Below are positions 1 to 11,250 of a stretch of DNA of 64,000 nt, in pieces. Each line of letters opens with the position of its first letter. Within the stretch, counting starts at the first letter, position 1. Where the stretch lies: the NCBI GenBank assembly GCA_965240325.2, contig OZ251231.1:1178001-1242000 (forward strand), read 5' to 3'. The translations under genes and the position numbers were made by a program. Under the pieces are notes generated by a model that was not told the DNA's origin, ran no database searches, and was given only the letters and a program-made list of their open reading frames with translations. Origin of the DNA: Rebecca billardiae RCC1528 (taxonomy: Eukaryota; Protista; Haptophyta).

Positions 1-3000
1 CGGTGTCAGCGGGCTGAGCAATGCCGTACGCGTCGTCGTCGTTCGGCACGATGATGTCGTCGGCGTTGGCCTCGTCGCCGAGCGGTGGATGGATGGAGGG
101 GCTGGCGATCGCGCCCAGCGAGTCGTCCAGCGAGTCGGCGCCGCCATTGTTGTAGTAATCGATGGGCTCGAGTCCGGGCATCAGGTCCTTGGGGAGCGGG
201 ATGGCCGCGGCGGCAGCGCCGTCGAGAGCAGCGCCGCGCGATCGCAGCACGCGGTCGGCTCCGAGTGGGGGACGGTCGTGGTGCACGATGTCGTCGCGGT
301 CCTCGTCGTTCTCAAGCACCTCGTTGGCCTGGCGCTCCTCCTCCTCCTCCTCGGCCGAGTGCTGCTTGCTGCACGTCGGTCGCGCCGTCGGAGCGCCCGC
401 GAACGAGAGCTCATCAAAGAGAACGTGCCGAGAGATCACGATCTTCTTGGAGGAGGGGATGTAGATCTTGTAGCCGAAGATCTTCCGCGTCGTGTTGCCG
501 ATCTGGACGCCGTCGCGCGCGTAGCCCGCGTGCCAGCCGATGATGCCGCGCGACTTGAGCTTGTAGCCGCCGGGGCCGACCGCGGAGTGGTCGTACACGA
601 TCGCCTTGCAGCCAAAAGGGCGGAGGTGCGCGATGTCGGGCTTGTAGCCGTAGAACTTCTCGATGGGCGTCTTGCCGTCGCGCTTGGCGAGGTGGTTGCG
701 GTGGTACGCCGCCACGAGCATCGCCTCCGGCCAGTACTTGTGCGCGACGCCCGACTGCAGGAGCATCGCGCGCGCGTCCGCAACGAGCGTGCCCCACTTG
801 CGCTCGGCGATCGGGTTCTGCTGCGGCGTGTGCGGCGCCGAGGTGACGTTGATGAGGATGCCGAACTCGTCGAGCACGTCCTGCCACTCCTGGGAGTTGA
901 GCTCGCCGGCTCCGTCCGGATGGAAATGCCCGTCCGCCATCGAGGTGCCGAGCGAGATCGAGAGCAACGTCATCGCCCCGACATCGCGGATGTACTGCCG
1001 GAGCAGCTGAGGCGCGAGGTCGCGCGTGCGGCACGTGTAGATGCGCGTGTAGTCCGAGTGGTCGTCGATGAAGCTGAGCGCGTAGATGTCCGCGAGCGGC
1101 GTGCCGTCGGCCGTGTGCGGCACGCCCTTGCGGTACGGGCCGAAGAAGTCGACGTGCACGATCTCGAGCCGCCGCGTCGCGCGCGCCATCTTGCCCGGGA
1201 ATGGGAGCAACTTGATCTTGGAGACCGCGCAGATGTCGCAGTCGATCGCGTCGGGCTTCGAGGCGCCCATGCCGGTGGCGGCGTGCTTCGTGCGTAAGAT
1301 CGCCTCCATGTTCGCGTGCCCGAAACGGCGATGCCAGGTGTCGCGCCACGCGTCCTTCAGCTTGCCGCCGTCGCGCGAGTCGGCGCCGCGCCCGCGGTCG
1401 GAATCAGTTCGCGCGCCGTCCGAGTTGAGGTTGGAGTCGTCGAGGGCGCCGGGCTGCGAGTCCGCGACGTCGGTCTGGCCGTTTAACGCAGCAGCGCGAG
1501 CGTCGCCGTCGCCGATGCCGTCGTCGCCGGAGCGCGTCGCCGCCTCCTCGGCGAGGGAATTGGCTCCCCCCGAGCGGTGGTTGGCCTCCTTGATGATGGA
1601 GTGTGACAGTCTGGTGCCGCCATCAGAGCGAGATGAGGAATCAGAAAGTGAGATGGCAGAAGCTTCCGGCCCAGAAAGTGAGCACAAAGTTGATAAGGAC
1701 GATGGAGGCCGAGAGACCGAGAGGGCGAGGAGGTTGAGCCGATGGGGCTGGGCGCGCCACGGCACGCGGTACGGGAAATCGACGGTGAGCTTGTAGTCCT
1801 CGTTGAAGTGGATGCAGCCGACGTCGTCGACAAAGCTGATGGGGACGCCGGCGCGAGCGAGAGCGTGCACACTCAGGAGTGGATCGCTGAGTGCCGGTAC
1901 GAGGAGTACATCGTGAAGGTTGGCGTCGAACGGCTTGCCGCCGTCGTCGAGCATGTAGGCCTTGATGGTGCCGCGGGCGACGGCGAACATGTACTCGCCG
2001 TCGGCCACCTTGACCGAGAGGGGCTTGTCCTCCGGGAAGTAGCGCAGGTTGAACATGAGCGACGAGTCGCCGATCATGACGTCCGAGGCGCCCGAATCGA
2101 GGAAGAAGTGGAGGTCAAGGTCCGAGGTCGGGTCCTTCGCCTCGGCGCGTGAGGCCGTCGTGGCGTGCGCGGTTGCCGCTGAAGCCGCGGCGTCGGGCGG
2201 CGTGCCGCCGTACTCCGAGGACTTGATGGTCGTCTCGGAGCTCTTCAGGTTGGACGCGCCGCCGGCCGTCTCGGTCGCGACCTTGCCCTTGGCGTCGGCC
2301 GAATGGACGAGAACATGAAGCGGCGGGATGGGCGCGCGCAGGAGGTACGACTTCTTGTTCGCCTTGACGGTGCGGTGCATCTCGGAGTGCACGAAGGCCA
2401 GCTGCTCGTGCGCGGACGCGACGGTGCCGATCGTCTCGATCATCGGGTGCGAGCCGTCGAGGAACTTCGCGTGCAGCTTGACCGCGGACTGAATCTCCTC
2501 GACCGTCCGGTCGTCGTCGGGTAGAGTGCTCTTGCCGTCCTCGATGGCGATGCCGCGGCTGAGGCGGAAAAAGTCGCACATGAGGCCGTGGTTGCCGAAG
2601 TGGTCGGCGTCGCGGCAGGCAAAGGAGCAGTACACGGCCGCGTTGCACCCGCCGCACATGTAGTTGCCGGTGTCGTGGCAGCCCTCGCGCTGGCAGTAGT
2701 AGTGCGGGCGCGGGCCCTTGGCCACATAGGGCTCCGGCATCAGCGCGGTCGGCCGCGGCGTGATCTCCGAGCAGATGATGTCGGCCTCGGAGAGCGGGTT
2801 GGCGCTGGAGTTGGCGTAGTACACGCCGGGCGGGCTGGTCTCCGCCGTGGTGAAGTCGGGCTCCTCCTCCGAGACGATGGCCATGCGCGCGCCGCTTGCC
2901 GATCTGGGCACGCCGCGCGTCGACTTGGCCTTGAGATCGAAGGTCACGGCCTGCGTCTCGGCGGCGCGCGGCTCCTTGTGGATCGCCTTGTCCGAGTGCT

Positions 3001-4237
3001 GGCGGGGGTGGTGGCGCTCGCGCTGCGGGCACTGGTGGCGCCAATGGCCGTGCTCGCCGCAGGTGGGGCACGGGCTCGACGGGACGGCGGGGCGCTCGCC
3101 GCCGCCGCGGTGAGGGCGCGCCGCGCCGCGCGGCGGCGGGATGGGGCGGTGCTGCTGCCCGCCGGTCGGGCGCGCGGGCGCGCGCGCCGCCATGGCCGCG
3201 CTGGCCGGCCTGGCGAGGTTCGCCGAGGCGGCCGCCGACTTGATCGAGGTAACGTACTTCTCGAATGACTCCGACTCGATCGAGCCGGCCTCGGTGAGCG
3301 CGACGAGCTGCGGGTAGCGCTGCTGAGTGAGGTGAAGCGCGAACACGAGCTTGAGTATGTCGTGGTTCATGTCGAGATGAATGAACGCGTTGAAGGTCTG
3401 CTCGAAGTTGGCGATCCAGTCGTCGACGTTGGAGTGCGGGCTGAGCGACTTGAGCGAGAGGAGCTCGGTCAGCTTGAGCCGCCCTGTCGTCAGCGGCGAG
3501 CGCCGCGAGTTGACGACGAGGTAGTTGTGGACGTCCGCGAAGGTCGGGCGGAATGAGGTCGTCGCATGAACAGAGTCAATGAGCGACGCGGACATCGACT
3601 CGGCGAAGAGGGTCTTCATGAGAATGGCCGAGACGTTGATGAAGACGTACCCGTGATGGGCCTCGAGGCGGAGCGATACCGCCTTGACGCGCAGCTCGAG
3701 CTGCTGGAGCTCGTCCTCCACATCGCCTGTGATGGAGGGGCTGGAAGAGGGGGCGCGACTGGCTGTGAGTTCGCGCGGGCGCGCGGACGCGCCGTCGTCA
3801 TGCTCCTCCTCCGAGTCGTCATCGGAGGTAGAGAGCGGGGAGTACGCGTGCGGGGTGATCGGTTCCGGGGCATACATCTTGGGCGTGCCGATGGCGGACA
3901 TGCCGTCTCCGAAGCTCATGCCGCGGCGCGCGCGCGGGCCAAGCGGCGTCACGAGCACCGCCTCCTCAGCAAGCTCGGTCTCGACGTGGAGCTGGGCGAT
4001 GCGGTCGAGGGACTCGTCCTGAGTGAGCGCGCGGGAGAGCGGGTCCTTGGGGTCCTCAAACAGTAGAGCTTCGACGGAAGCCCCCTTGAGCTTGAGGATC
4101 GACTTGAGCGCGCGCGAGTCCGACTGCACTTGCGCGATCGCATGATGAAGCTCTCTTTTGACTGCGCGCGCGGTCAAATCCGAGTGAGAGTTCAGGGTCT
4201 TCTTCTTGGGATCCTTCTGGTGCCTTGCGGAGGCCAT
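1..4237 (-). CDS. Ty1/copia Gag-Pol polyprotein, 3'-truncated by the window edge (Gag, CCHC knuckle, MYND-like finger, aspartic protease, GAG-pre-integrase, integrase)
   Basis: One minus-strand frame read by hand; it is absent from the ORF track because it runs off the window. Motifs: CPTCGEHGHWRHQC (3029-3070), FFLDSGAS protease (~2083-2108), WHRRFGH...CDIC, integrase VHVDFFGP / PDGAGE / PQQNPIAERKW, then HLRPFGC and ISRHVLFDE. Protease followed directly by integrase is the copia order. Confidence 0.93.
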   Translation of the reverse strand, partial: MASARHQKDPKKKTLNSHSDLTARAVKRELHHAIAQVQSDSRALKSILKLKGASVEALLFEDPKDPLSRALTQDESLDRIAQLHVETELAEEAVLVTPLGPRARRGMSFGDGMSAIGTPKMYAPEPITPHAYSPLSTSDDDSEEEHDDGASARPRELTASRAPSSSPSITGDVEDELQQLELRVKAVSLRLEAHHGYVFINVSAILMKTLFAESMSASLIDSVHATTSFRPTFADVHNYLVVNSRRSPLTTGRLKLTELLSLKSLSPHSNVDDWIANFEQTFNAFIHLDMNHDILKLVFALHLTQQRYPQLVALTEAGSIESESFEKYVTSIKSAAASANLARPASAAMAARAPARPTGGQQHRPIPPPRGAARPHRGGGERPAVPSSPCPTCGEHGHWRHQCPQRERHHPRQHSDKAIHKEPRAAETQAVTFDLKAKSTRGVPRSASGARMAIVSEEEPDFTTAETSPPGVYYANSSANPLSEADIICSEITPRPTALMPEPYVAKGPRPHYYCQREGCHDTGNYMCGGCNAAVYCSFACRDADHFGNHGLMCDFFRLSRGIAIEDGKSTLPDDDRTVEEIQSAVKLHAKFLDGSHPMIETIGTVASAHEQLAFVHSEMHRTVKANKKSYLLRAPIPPLHVLVHSADAKGKVATETAGGASNLKSSETTIKSSEYGGTPPDAAASAATAHATTASRAEAKDPTSDLDLHFFLDSGASDVMIGDSSLMFNLRYFPEDKPLSVKVADGEYMFAVARGTIKAYMLDDGGKPFDANLHDVLLVPALSDPLLSVHALARAGVPISFVDDVGCIHFNEDYKLTVDFPYRVPWRAQPHRLNLLALSVSRPPSSLSTLCSLSGPEASAISLSDSSSRSDGGTRLSHSIIKEANHRSGGANSLAEEAATRSGDDGIGDGDARAAALNGQTDVADSQPGALDDSNLNSDGARTDSDRGRGADSRDGGKLKDAWRDTWHRRFGHANMEAILRTKHAATGMGASKPDAIDCDICAVSKIKLLPFPGKMARATRRLEIVHVDFFGPYRKGVPHTADGTPLADIYALSFIDDHSDYTRIYTCRTRDLAPQLLRQYIRDVGAMTLLSISLGTSMADGHFHPDGAGELNSQEWQDVLDEFGILINVTSAPHTPQQNPIAERKWGTLVADARAMLLQSGVAHKYWPEAMLVAAYHRNHLAKRDGKTPIEKFYGYKPDIAHLRPFGCKAIVYDHSAVGPGGYKLKSRGIIGWHAGYARDGVQIGNTTRKIFGYKIYIPSSKKIVISRHVLFDELSFAGAPTARPTCSKQHSAEEEEEERQANEVLENDEDRDDIVHHDRPPLGADRVLRSRGAALDGAAAAAIPLPKDLMPGLEPIDYYNNGGADSLDDSLGAIASPSIHPPLGDEANADDIIVPNDDDAYGIAQPADT

Positions 4238-5042
4238 GCCGTAAGCAATCGAGTCGCTCGCCGATACCATGAGAGACTTAGGAGACTCGAAACGAAGCAG
4301 GTGGCTCGCTGCAGCTGGCAAGGGGTCGACCGCCCCCGCAAGGCACTGAAAGATATACTCCTGTCTGAGCAGGCAAGCTGGCTCTGGAGGCCGGGGCTCG
4401 CCCCGAACTCAAACTGGTTTGAGGTCACGAGACCAGCACGTCAAGTGGAAGTGCTGCTCCATAGGTATCTCCCACCTTTCAGGCTGGGACGAACCTGTGG
4501 AACACATACGGAAGCGGTAATTAGCAATTACCAATGATGGAGGTAAATAGAGCAGGTCATTGACGATGCAGTTATCAACTGCACGTAGATCACTTGAGCT
4601 GCACCTAGAGCAGAGTAGCGATTGGCTCCTCGAAAGCTCTCGGTGTCATGCGGGTAAATCTGGCTAGCCCAGATTGCCCGACAGGGCTCTTCGAGGCGGG
4701 CGTGATTGATCGTGCCCGGCGCGCACGTGGAGAGCGCGCGCCGGTGCGCCCAGGCGGCCCGCGGCCGCGGCCCGTGCCGCTGTCCACGCGTGAGCTGGCG
4801 CTGCAGTGGGCGGACAGCGCGCTCTCGACGACCTCGCATCGCGCGTGGCCCGCATTCGGAGGGGAAGACGCCGAGGGCGTGCAAGGAGCGGCTACTCGCG
4901 CCCGCGCCTCCTGCACGGCGACGCGCCGGGCGCGCGCATCGTGATTCGGTGAAGAACGCTCGACAACTGCGACAACTACCACTGGTAGGGCCGTGCGCCC
5001 TCAACTTCGTTGTTTACTACCCGAAGATCGGCGTAGCCGATC

Positions 5043-5043
<1 letters not shown>
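1..5043 (-). mobile_element. Ty1/copia LTR retrotransposon (5' portion), putative 5' LTR 4270-5043 and PBS ~4256-4269
   Basis: Minus strand reads ...CTCTCA|TGGTATCGGCGAGC, an LTR-end CA followed by a TGGTATC PBS-like motif just upstream of the Gag ATG. A candidate LTR start TG lies at 5043, next to a (TA)n tract. The second LTR is outside the window, so LTR limits are tentative. Confidence 0.7.

Positions 5044-5073
<30 letters not shown>
5043..5073. repeat. (TA)n microsatellite
   Basis: Direct observation. Confidence 0.95.
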
Positions 5074-5393
5074 GTCTTTCACTGCTATACTAGTAGTACG
5101 ACAGCAAATAATAATAATAAATGACCGCGTTCCGCGGTCCTTTTCTGCATAGAATCAACGCAGTTGGGGGCCCGCGGTGGCCGTGCAATCGCGGCTCTCC
5201 GCCGTAGTGGCAGTTCGCCAGTTGAAGTCGGTTCTGAGATGACTGAAGCTATATTAGTCCGACCGTCGCCCTGCCTGCGCGACCGCGAGACTCATTCACA
5301 CTTCACACAATCACAGCAGCGGACCTGAGACCGCACCCTGCACCGGTCGTCAAATCGGACGTCCGTCTGACAACTAGCTGCCAAATGTCCAAC

Positions 5394-5520
5394 TGGCTGA
5401 TCAGCTCGGATCCGACCCGTCCGCGATCGTGCCATCGGCATCGGAATTACTACTAGTAGCTGCCAAACTGTGTCCAACTCTGGCTGATCAGCTCGGATCC
5501 GACCCGTCCGCGATCGTGCC
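5394..5520 (+). repeat. ~40-bp direct repeat (tggctgatcagctcggatccgacccgtccgcgatcgtgcc) x2
   Basis: Copies start near 5394 and 5481. Confidence 0.85.
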
Positions 5521-7303
5521 GAGTGAGTCGTGCCGCGGAGCTCGGAGTACTGAAGGAGTCGGGTGTGACAGCAGGGTGCTTTAGCGCTGCGGCCCGTGCC
5601 AGCCAACGACCAGACGTACTCTGGCCACTTGACCCGTTGCACGGGTGAGTGACCGTACGCCCTGCCTAGTGCCTACCGCGCGCGCCGCGCGACCGGCGAC
5701 TCGGTCTCGGGGTGATGGAGAGCGGATGGCGACAGCAGCAGCAGTCCTCATGAAGACGATGAAACTGGCGGCACGGGTGCACGAGGTGGCAGGCGAAAGC
5801 GCGCCGACGAGACCGCATTTGACACACCTGAGCCGCACGCGCGTGCCGTCGCCGAGCGGCGAGCGCTGCAAACGCGCAACCGTACCGCGCGCGCCACGAC
5901 GGCGCGGCACTAGCTGATGCAGGCCGTACTGCCGGCACTGCTTCTGCGATCATGCGCCACGGTCGCAGCTGGCTGCGTGAGCAGCAAGCGGGAGGCGGGT
6001 CCGGAGGCACGTGCAGGCGCCGTCCCGCATATCCGCCATCGCCCATCGTGCCGGGGCACGTCACCTCCGACGATCCGGATGTGGCCCAGTCCGGACGTCA
6101 CGCGATCCGGGAAGACGAGTACGATTCGCTCGTAACGAACCGTTACACTAATGTCACGTCCAGCTGACGTCCAGATCGCACTTTACTTAAGGGAATCAGC
6201 TGGGCGCGCTTTTTTTTGGCCTGATAGACCTCTCAATGCGATCTCAAAAACTCGAAACTCGGTCTCCGCCAGCCCTAAAAATCGCCCCCCGTCCCTTTTT
6301 TTCCGCCGCCCCCCGTCCCTTTTTTCTTGATCAAAGATCTTTTTGAAACGTGGTTCGGGCCCGCTGGTGCGGGCTCCACGCTGCGCGCTCCGCCCTGCAC
6401 CGCGGGCCATTTAGCAGGGTGTGGCGGACCCGTTGCACGGGTGAGTAACCGTGAGCGTATGAAAAAACGACAAGCGTATGAAATCTCGCGGTTTTGTCGC
6501 TCGCGCTGCCGCATGGCTGACGTCCGCGCCGATCCGAGCGCAATGGTGCATTGCGAAGCCGATTCGCAATGCACCAATCCAATCCGCATGTCAATCGACC
6601 CAACCGTCGCTGAGAACGAACGACAAAACCCAGGGCAGGTGTCCACCACGAAGCCACGCCGCGCGCGCGCTGGCAGCGTGAGCCGGCGCGGTTGCAAAGG
6701 GTTGCCCAAAGGCAGAGAGATCAGCCAATGCGGCTACCTTCGGCAAGCACGCCACCTCAGCGTCAGCATCGGGTGGGGCCGTGAGGATACATGCCCTTGG
6801 ATGCGGCTCCAGCCAAACGGCTCTCGACGCGGGGAGCCGCCATCGGCCGCGAGCGCGTACACGGATACACGTGCTGTCCTCGTGAACGAGGATTCAGGAG
6901 ACGAGGCGCGGCCCGCGATGCGCAGGCAAGACCTAGGGAGTGGCTCACGCTTTGATCGCGGGTACGGGTACAGAAGGCGTGCGCACGCAACCACACCGCC
7001 TTCGTGAAGCGCGTGGGCAAGCTGCTGAAGCTCTCACGATGCGCGCTTACTTCTCATCTCCGTGCGCTCGCCGACCGCTCACGCTGCCTTCCGCGCGGCG
7101 GACCTGGGAAACCTGCCACCTGGCGCGCACGACGCAGCGCGTAACGCGGAAGGTGGTAGATCTGCTGCCACGCTCCCGCTGCCGCCGCCGGCGGCGGCAG
7201 CGGCATGCCCACGATGCGGCGACGGTGCTGATGACTATCACTGCCAAAGTGTCGTTTTTTCGGCGCTCACGCGTGCAACGGGTCGGCGATCGCGCTGGGC
7301 CGG

Positions 7304-7627
7304 GGCGCGGCGGCGGGCGTGAGTGCGGAGCCAGCAGCGCGACTCGGAAGCACGGCTGCGAGTCGTCCGGCAGGTGCGGGCGCGGCGGCGGGCGTGAGTG
7401 CGGAGAGCAGCGCGACTCGGAAGCACGGCTGCGAGTCGTCCGGCAGGTGCAGCACGTGCGCGCCGTCGCGCAGCGCGCCGCCCAGCCTCCCGCGGTCGTC
7501 CGGCAGGTGCGGGCGCGGCGGCGGGCGTGAGTGCGGAGAGCAGCGTGACTCGGAAGCACGGCTGCGAGTCGTCCGGCAGGTGCAGCACGTGCGCGCCGTC
7601 GCGCAGCGCGCCGCCCAGCCTCCCGCG
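7304..7627. repeat. GC-rich complex tandem repeat (about 3 copies of a ~70-bp core with two ~55-bp spacers)
   Basis: Recurrent gcgcggcggcgggcgtgagtgcggag...gactcggaagcacggctgcgagtcgtccggcaggtgc. Confidence 0.85.
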
Positions 7628-8465
7628 CACGCCGAGCCCCAGCGGTCGGCCGTGGCGGCCAAACATGCCGAGCGAGCGGCAGTCGCGGGCCGCCGCAGCG
7701 CGGCCCCGCGCCACGAACCTGGCGGGTATTTTTCCAGCACTTCGTCCTAAGTGGGGAGCTCAAAAAACGCTTACGGGTAAGATTCCCTCATTTGGTCATA
7801 TCACTTATTCGGCCACGCCCGCACGGGGCGCATATCTGGTCGAAGCGAACCGCCGTTTTTGTAAGTTTGTATGATAAGTTAATCTCATAAAGGGTACGGC
7901 GAAACGGTGCGAAAACGCGTGCCTAGGCGTTTTTGATTAGGCGAAGATCTGGCAGGGTTCATTTCGCGGGTACCAATAGACAAACGAGCCGCGATGACGA
8001 ACGTCGTGCCATAATACGTTGATACTGAAACGTTGTTTTTGAAGTGTGGTTCTCTTCAGAGGAGAAGGATAATAGGAGACGATACTTTACTCTTTGAATT
8101 GGAATCAGCAAACCAAAAGTGTATATCAGCAGGAGAATCACGAACGGCCCACCATAATTATATCAGAAAGATGCAGACGCCTTTGTCCTATTCGAGTTCG
8201 ATTTCTTCTATTACTTACTATCCAAGGATTAAGGAGCAGTACAAACGCAATCATGAGCAGCGATATCGAGTCAAATGCGGATTTCACACCTAAATCCACC
8301 TACAAAAATCCCCCAAATCCTGCGCGTCCTCTTTTTTGATTTTGCGGAGCACGTGCGCCGCCCCCCCCGGCTTTCGCTCACGCTCAGACCTTTCGGGGGG
8401 GCCGTGCGTCATAATGACGGCCACTGCAAGCCGCCACCAGATGTCGATCGTCTCAGGACTAAATT

Positions 8466-8572
<107 letters not shown>

Positions 8573-8661
8573 GTACATGATGCATCGCGTCGTCAGCCGC
8601 CAGTACGGCAGTCACAGCATGGCTGATCATGACTAATGATCGACTCACGACTATAGCACTA

Positions 8662-8991
8662 CAGTTTACTATGTTTTAACGTGCACACTTGGTTAAGGCG
8701 TGATTGACGCCATCCAACACTGCACAAAGACACCGCCACAAAACAGACCGGCGCAGGCAGGTGAGGGGCGCGTTGCCGCACCTCATCGAGGCGGCCATTG
8801 CAGCAAGCTGCCGCCCCGCGCTCGGAGGCACGCGCTCGGGAGCGCGCTCTGACACCACACGGGGAGGGTGCTGCACCTGGATGTTGTATCCCAGCCACCT
8901 CGAGAGTGCAGCCGCGCCAAACAGTATACTATACGAATGAGTCGTATCTCGCCTGCCTGAGCTGTGTGCGTCTGTTATTCTTAGTAAACTG
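8662..8991. mobile_element. Putative Tc1/mariner-type MITE bounded by CAGTTTACTA inverted termini
   Basis: TA|CAGTTTACTA at 8660-8671 and TAGTAAACTG at 8982-8991. The right end is a copy of the dispersed 46-bp terminus. The right flank is TG rather than TA. Confidence 0.5.
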
Positions 8992-9609
8992 TGATGGTAA
9001 TAATAAATAAAGTCTGAATAAAAGTGCGCTGATCGGCATCAGTATGATGACTAAGCTGGCAGCAGTGATCAGCCGTACTCAGGCTGGCAGCTGGCTGCAT
9101 AAGACTACTACTACTACTCTAGTTAGACTAGTAAGAGACGCGGTAATAACTGCTAAATATTATCTAATTACTCATATTAGTAGTTATATCAATAACAGTC
9201 TACTACTAGGCGGCTACTGCTACTGTCACTCCGCGTACTCCGTAGCCATGGGCGTGGCCAGCAGCGGCTGGCTGTCAGGCGGTGAGCCCCGTGTAACGGC
9301 GACTGCCCCGACGGTGCCCGTGGGCCTGGCGGCTGCGACGGGGTCACGGGCCGGTGGCGGAGTGGGCGGTCGCCCGTGGCCGGGCGTGGCAGACACTGCG
9401 GGCGGTGCATCCGCCGGGCGGCTTCGGCTGCACCGCTGCAGGCCTGGTGATATGGTGACAGCGCGAGCTGTAGGCTGCGGACCGGAAGCGCGCGCGCACA
9501 CGAACGGCACCGCCAGCTGCCTCGACCAAATCACCAATGCATCCCATTGCCAGCGCGCGGCCCCAGCCGGACGGCGCCGATTTCTCAGATCAGATCGGCA
9601 TCTGAGCCG

Positions 9610-11250
9610 TCAGACGGTCTGCAACCCGACGATGCGCTCGCCGCTCAGCTGCTCGATGCGCCGAGCGGCGCGCACGGCGATGGCGTGATACCGCGCGACT
9701 TCGCCGTCGACGGCGACGACCTCGACGCCGTCGACCTCGGTGGTGGGTGCGGGGGACGCGTGCGCCGCGTGCGACTTGCGACCACCGCGGGCGAGCGCGA
9801 CGAGGCGCGCGACGGCAGCCCGGCCGGCCGGCGGCGCGGCGGCGCGCTCGTCCGCGAGCGCCTGCGCGTCGTTGGCCGCGAGCAGCGCGATCTCGAGCTG
9901 GATGATGGCCGCGTACTTGGAGATGGGTAGCACCTCGAGCGCGGTGAGGCGGCGGCGCGTCTCGCGCGCAGACTCGCTGTACCCGAGCACGGGAGCGATC
10001 GAGGAGATGAGCGCGTCCACGGCGCCGACGAGCGCGCGCGCGCCCGCGCTCGAGATCGCCTCGAGCCCGCCCGCGTCGCTCGGCGGGTCCGCCGACATCA
10101 CGCGCGCGTCGAAGGCGAGGCTGAAGGGCTCCTCGATCACGTGGCCAATCTCCTCGAGGCTGAAGAGGACGTACCCCATCCCCAGCTCGACGAGGGGCAC
10201 CATCGGCAGCGGGCAGTCGTGCAGCAGCACGAAGGGCAGCGTGAGCAGGAAGAGCGTGCAGAAGCGGCTCGTGTGCCGCGCGTACGACCACGGGATCGGC
10301 GTCTGCTTGAGCCGCTCGCACGCCGACGTCACGTGCACGAGCGCCTCGACGTGCCCCGAGAGCTCGGTCCACAGCGCGGCCTGCCGCTGGCCAGACGGGT
10401 CGTGCGCGCGCGACTCGGCCGAGCGCGGCGCGTCCGGCCAGAGGAGCGCGCCGATCTGCGAGCTCATCGCGGCGAGGGTGGAGGAGGGCATGTGCTGCGC
10501 GACCGAGACCGCGCGCAGCCGCCGCGCAGCCGCGTGCGCGCTTCGGTCCTCCCGCCACGGCTCGAGATACGACTCCCAGGTCTCGGCGAGCTCCGTGGCG
10601 TTGCGATTGCCGCGCAGGTGCTGCTTCAGCGCGACCGTGAACGTCGCCGCGTGCGCGAGGAGCGAGTCGCGCGCGGGGCCGGGCGGGAAGTGCGCGAGCA
10701 CGAGCATCGAGATCGAGCGCGACGCCGAGTGCGCGTCGGCCCACAGCTCACGCCCAGACCAGAAGCGATCGTGCGCCTGGTCGGTGCGGAAGACGAGGAG
10801 GATCGAGAGGAAGGACGCCACGGCCTCGTGCGGCCACGATGGCAGCGGCCCGATGTTCCAGAGCGCGTGCGATGCGAACGGCAGCTCGCGGTCCGCGGCG
10901 AAGAGCGCGGCGACGAGCACCGACCACACGGTGGTGCCGAAGAGGCGCTCGGCGATGTTGCGCAGCACGCGGCTCTTGCCGATGGCGAGCAGATCGCGCA
11001 GCCAGTTCGCGCGGCGGTCGCGCAGGTCCGGCGAGTTGAGCGGCAGGCCGCGGTCGTTGGTGGACGTCTCCCAAGTCCACGCGAGCTCCGGCTGCGGCCG
11101 CGGCGGCGGATCAGGCGGGAGCGCTGCCATGGCTGCATGGCCGCGCGCGTCCGCCGCGCGGCGCGCGCTGGGCGCGGCGCATCTAGGAGCGAGCTGCCGC
11201 GCAGACGGGTTCAGCGCGGCGCATGAAAGCAGCGCGACCAGCAGCCGCAT
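9610..11250 (-). CDS. Bestrophin-like anion channel (YneE/VCCN/BST type), probably plastid-targeted
   Basis: LLVFRTDQAHDRFWSGRELW, ACERLKQTPIPWSYARH and LEEIGHVIEEPF motifs. The likely start MRLLVALLSCAALNPSA looks like a signal peptide followed by an Arg/Ala-rich transit peptide. Confidence 0.9.
   Translation of the reverse strand: MRLLVALLSCAALNPSARQLAPRCAAPSARRAADARGHAAMAALPPDPPPRPQPELAWTWETSTNDRGLPLNSPDLRDRRANWLRDLLAIGKSRVLRNIAERLFGTTVWSVLVAALFAADRELPFASHALWNIGPLPSWPHEAVASFLSILLVFRTDQAHDRFWSGRELWADAHSASRSISMLVLAHFPPGPARDSLLAHAATFTVALKQHLRGNRNATELAETWESYLEPWREDRSAHAAARRLRAVSVAQHMPSSTLAAMSSQIGALLWPDAPRSAESRAHDPSGQRQAALWTELSGHVEALVHVTSACERLKQTPIPWSYARHTSRFCTLFLLTLPFVLLHDCPLPMVPLVELGMGYVLFSLEEIGHVIEEPFSLAFDARVMSADPPSDAGGLEAISSAGARALVGAVDALISSIAPVLGYSESARETRRRLTALEVLPISKYAAIIQLEIALLAANDAQALADERAAAPPAGRAAVARLVALARGGRKSHAAHASPAPTTEVDGVEVVAVDGEVARYHAIAVRAARRIEQLSGERIVGLQTV

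Noticed and set aside
89-4066. Long plus-strand ORFs over the retrotransposon (89-1297, 1086-1796, 2588-3268 and others)
   Set aside because: Antisense shadows of the GC3-rich minus-strand Gag-Pol frame
6186-7790. Possible TTAA-type element with AGGGAATC/GATTCCCT inverted ends
   Set aside because: Only an 8-bp match and no TTAA on the right side; insufficient support
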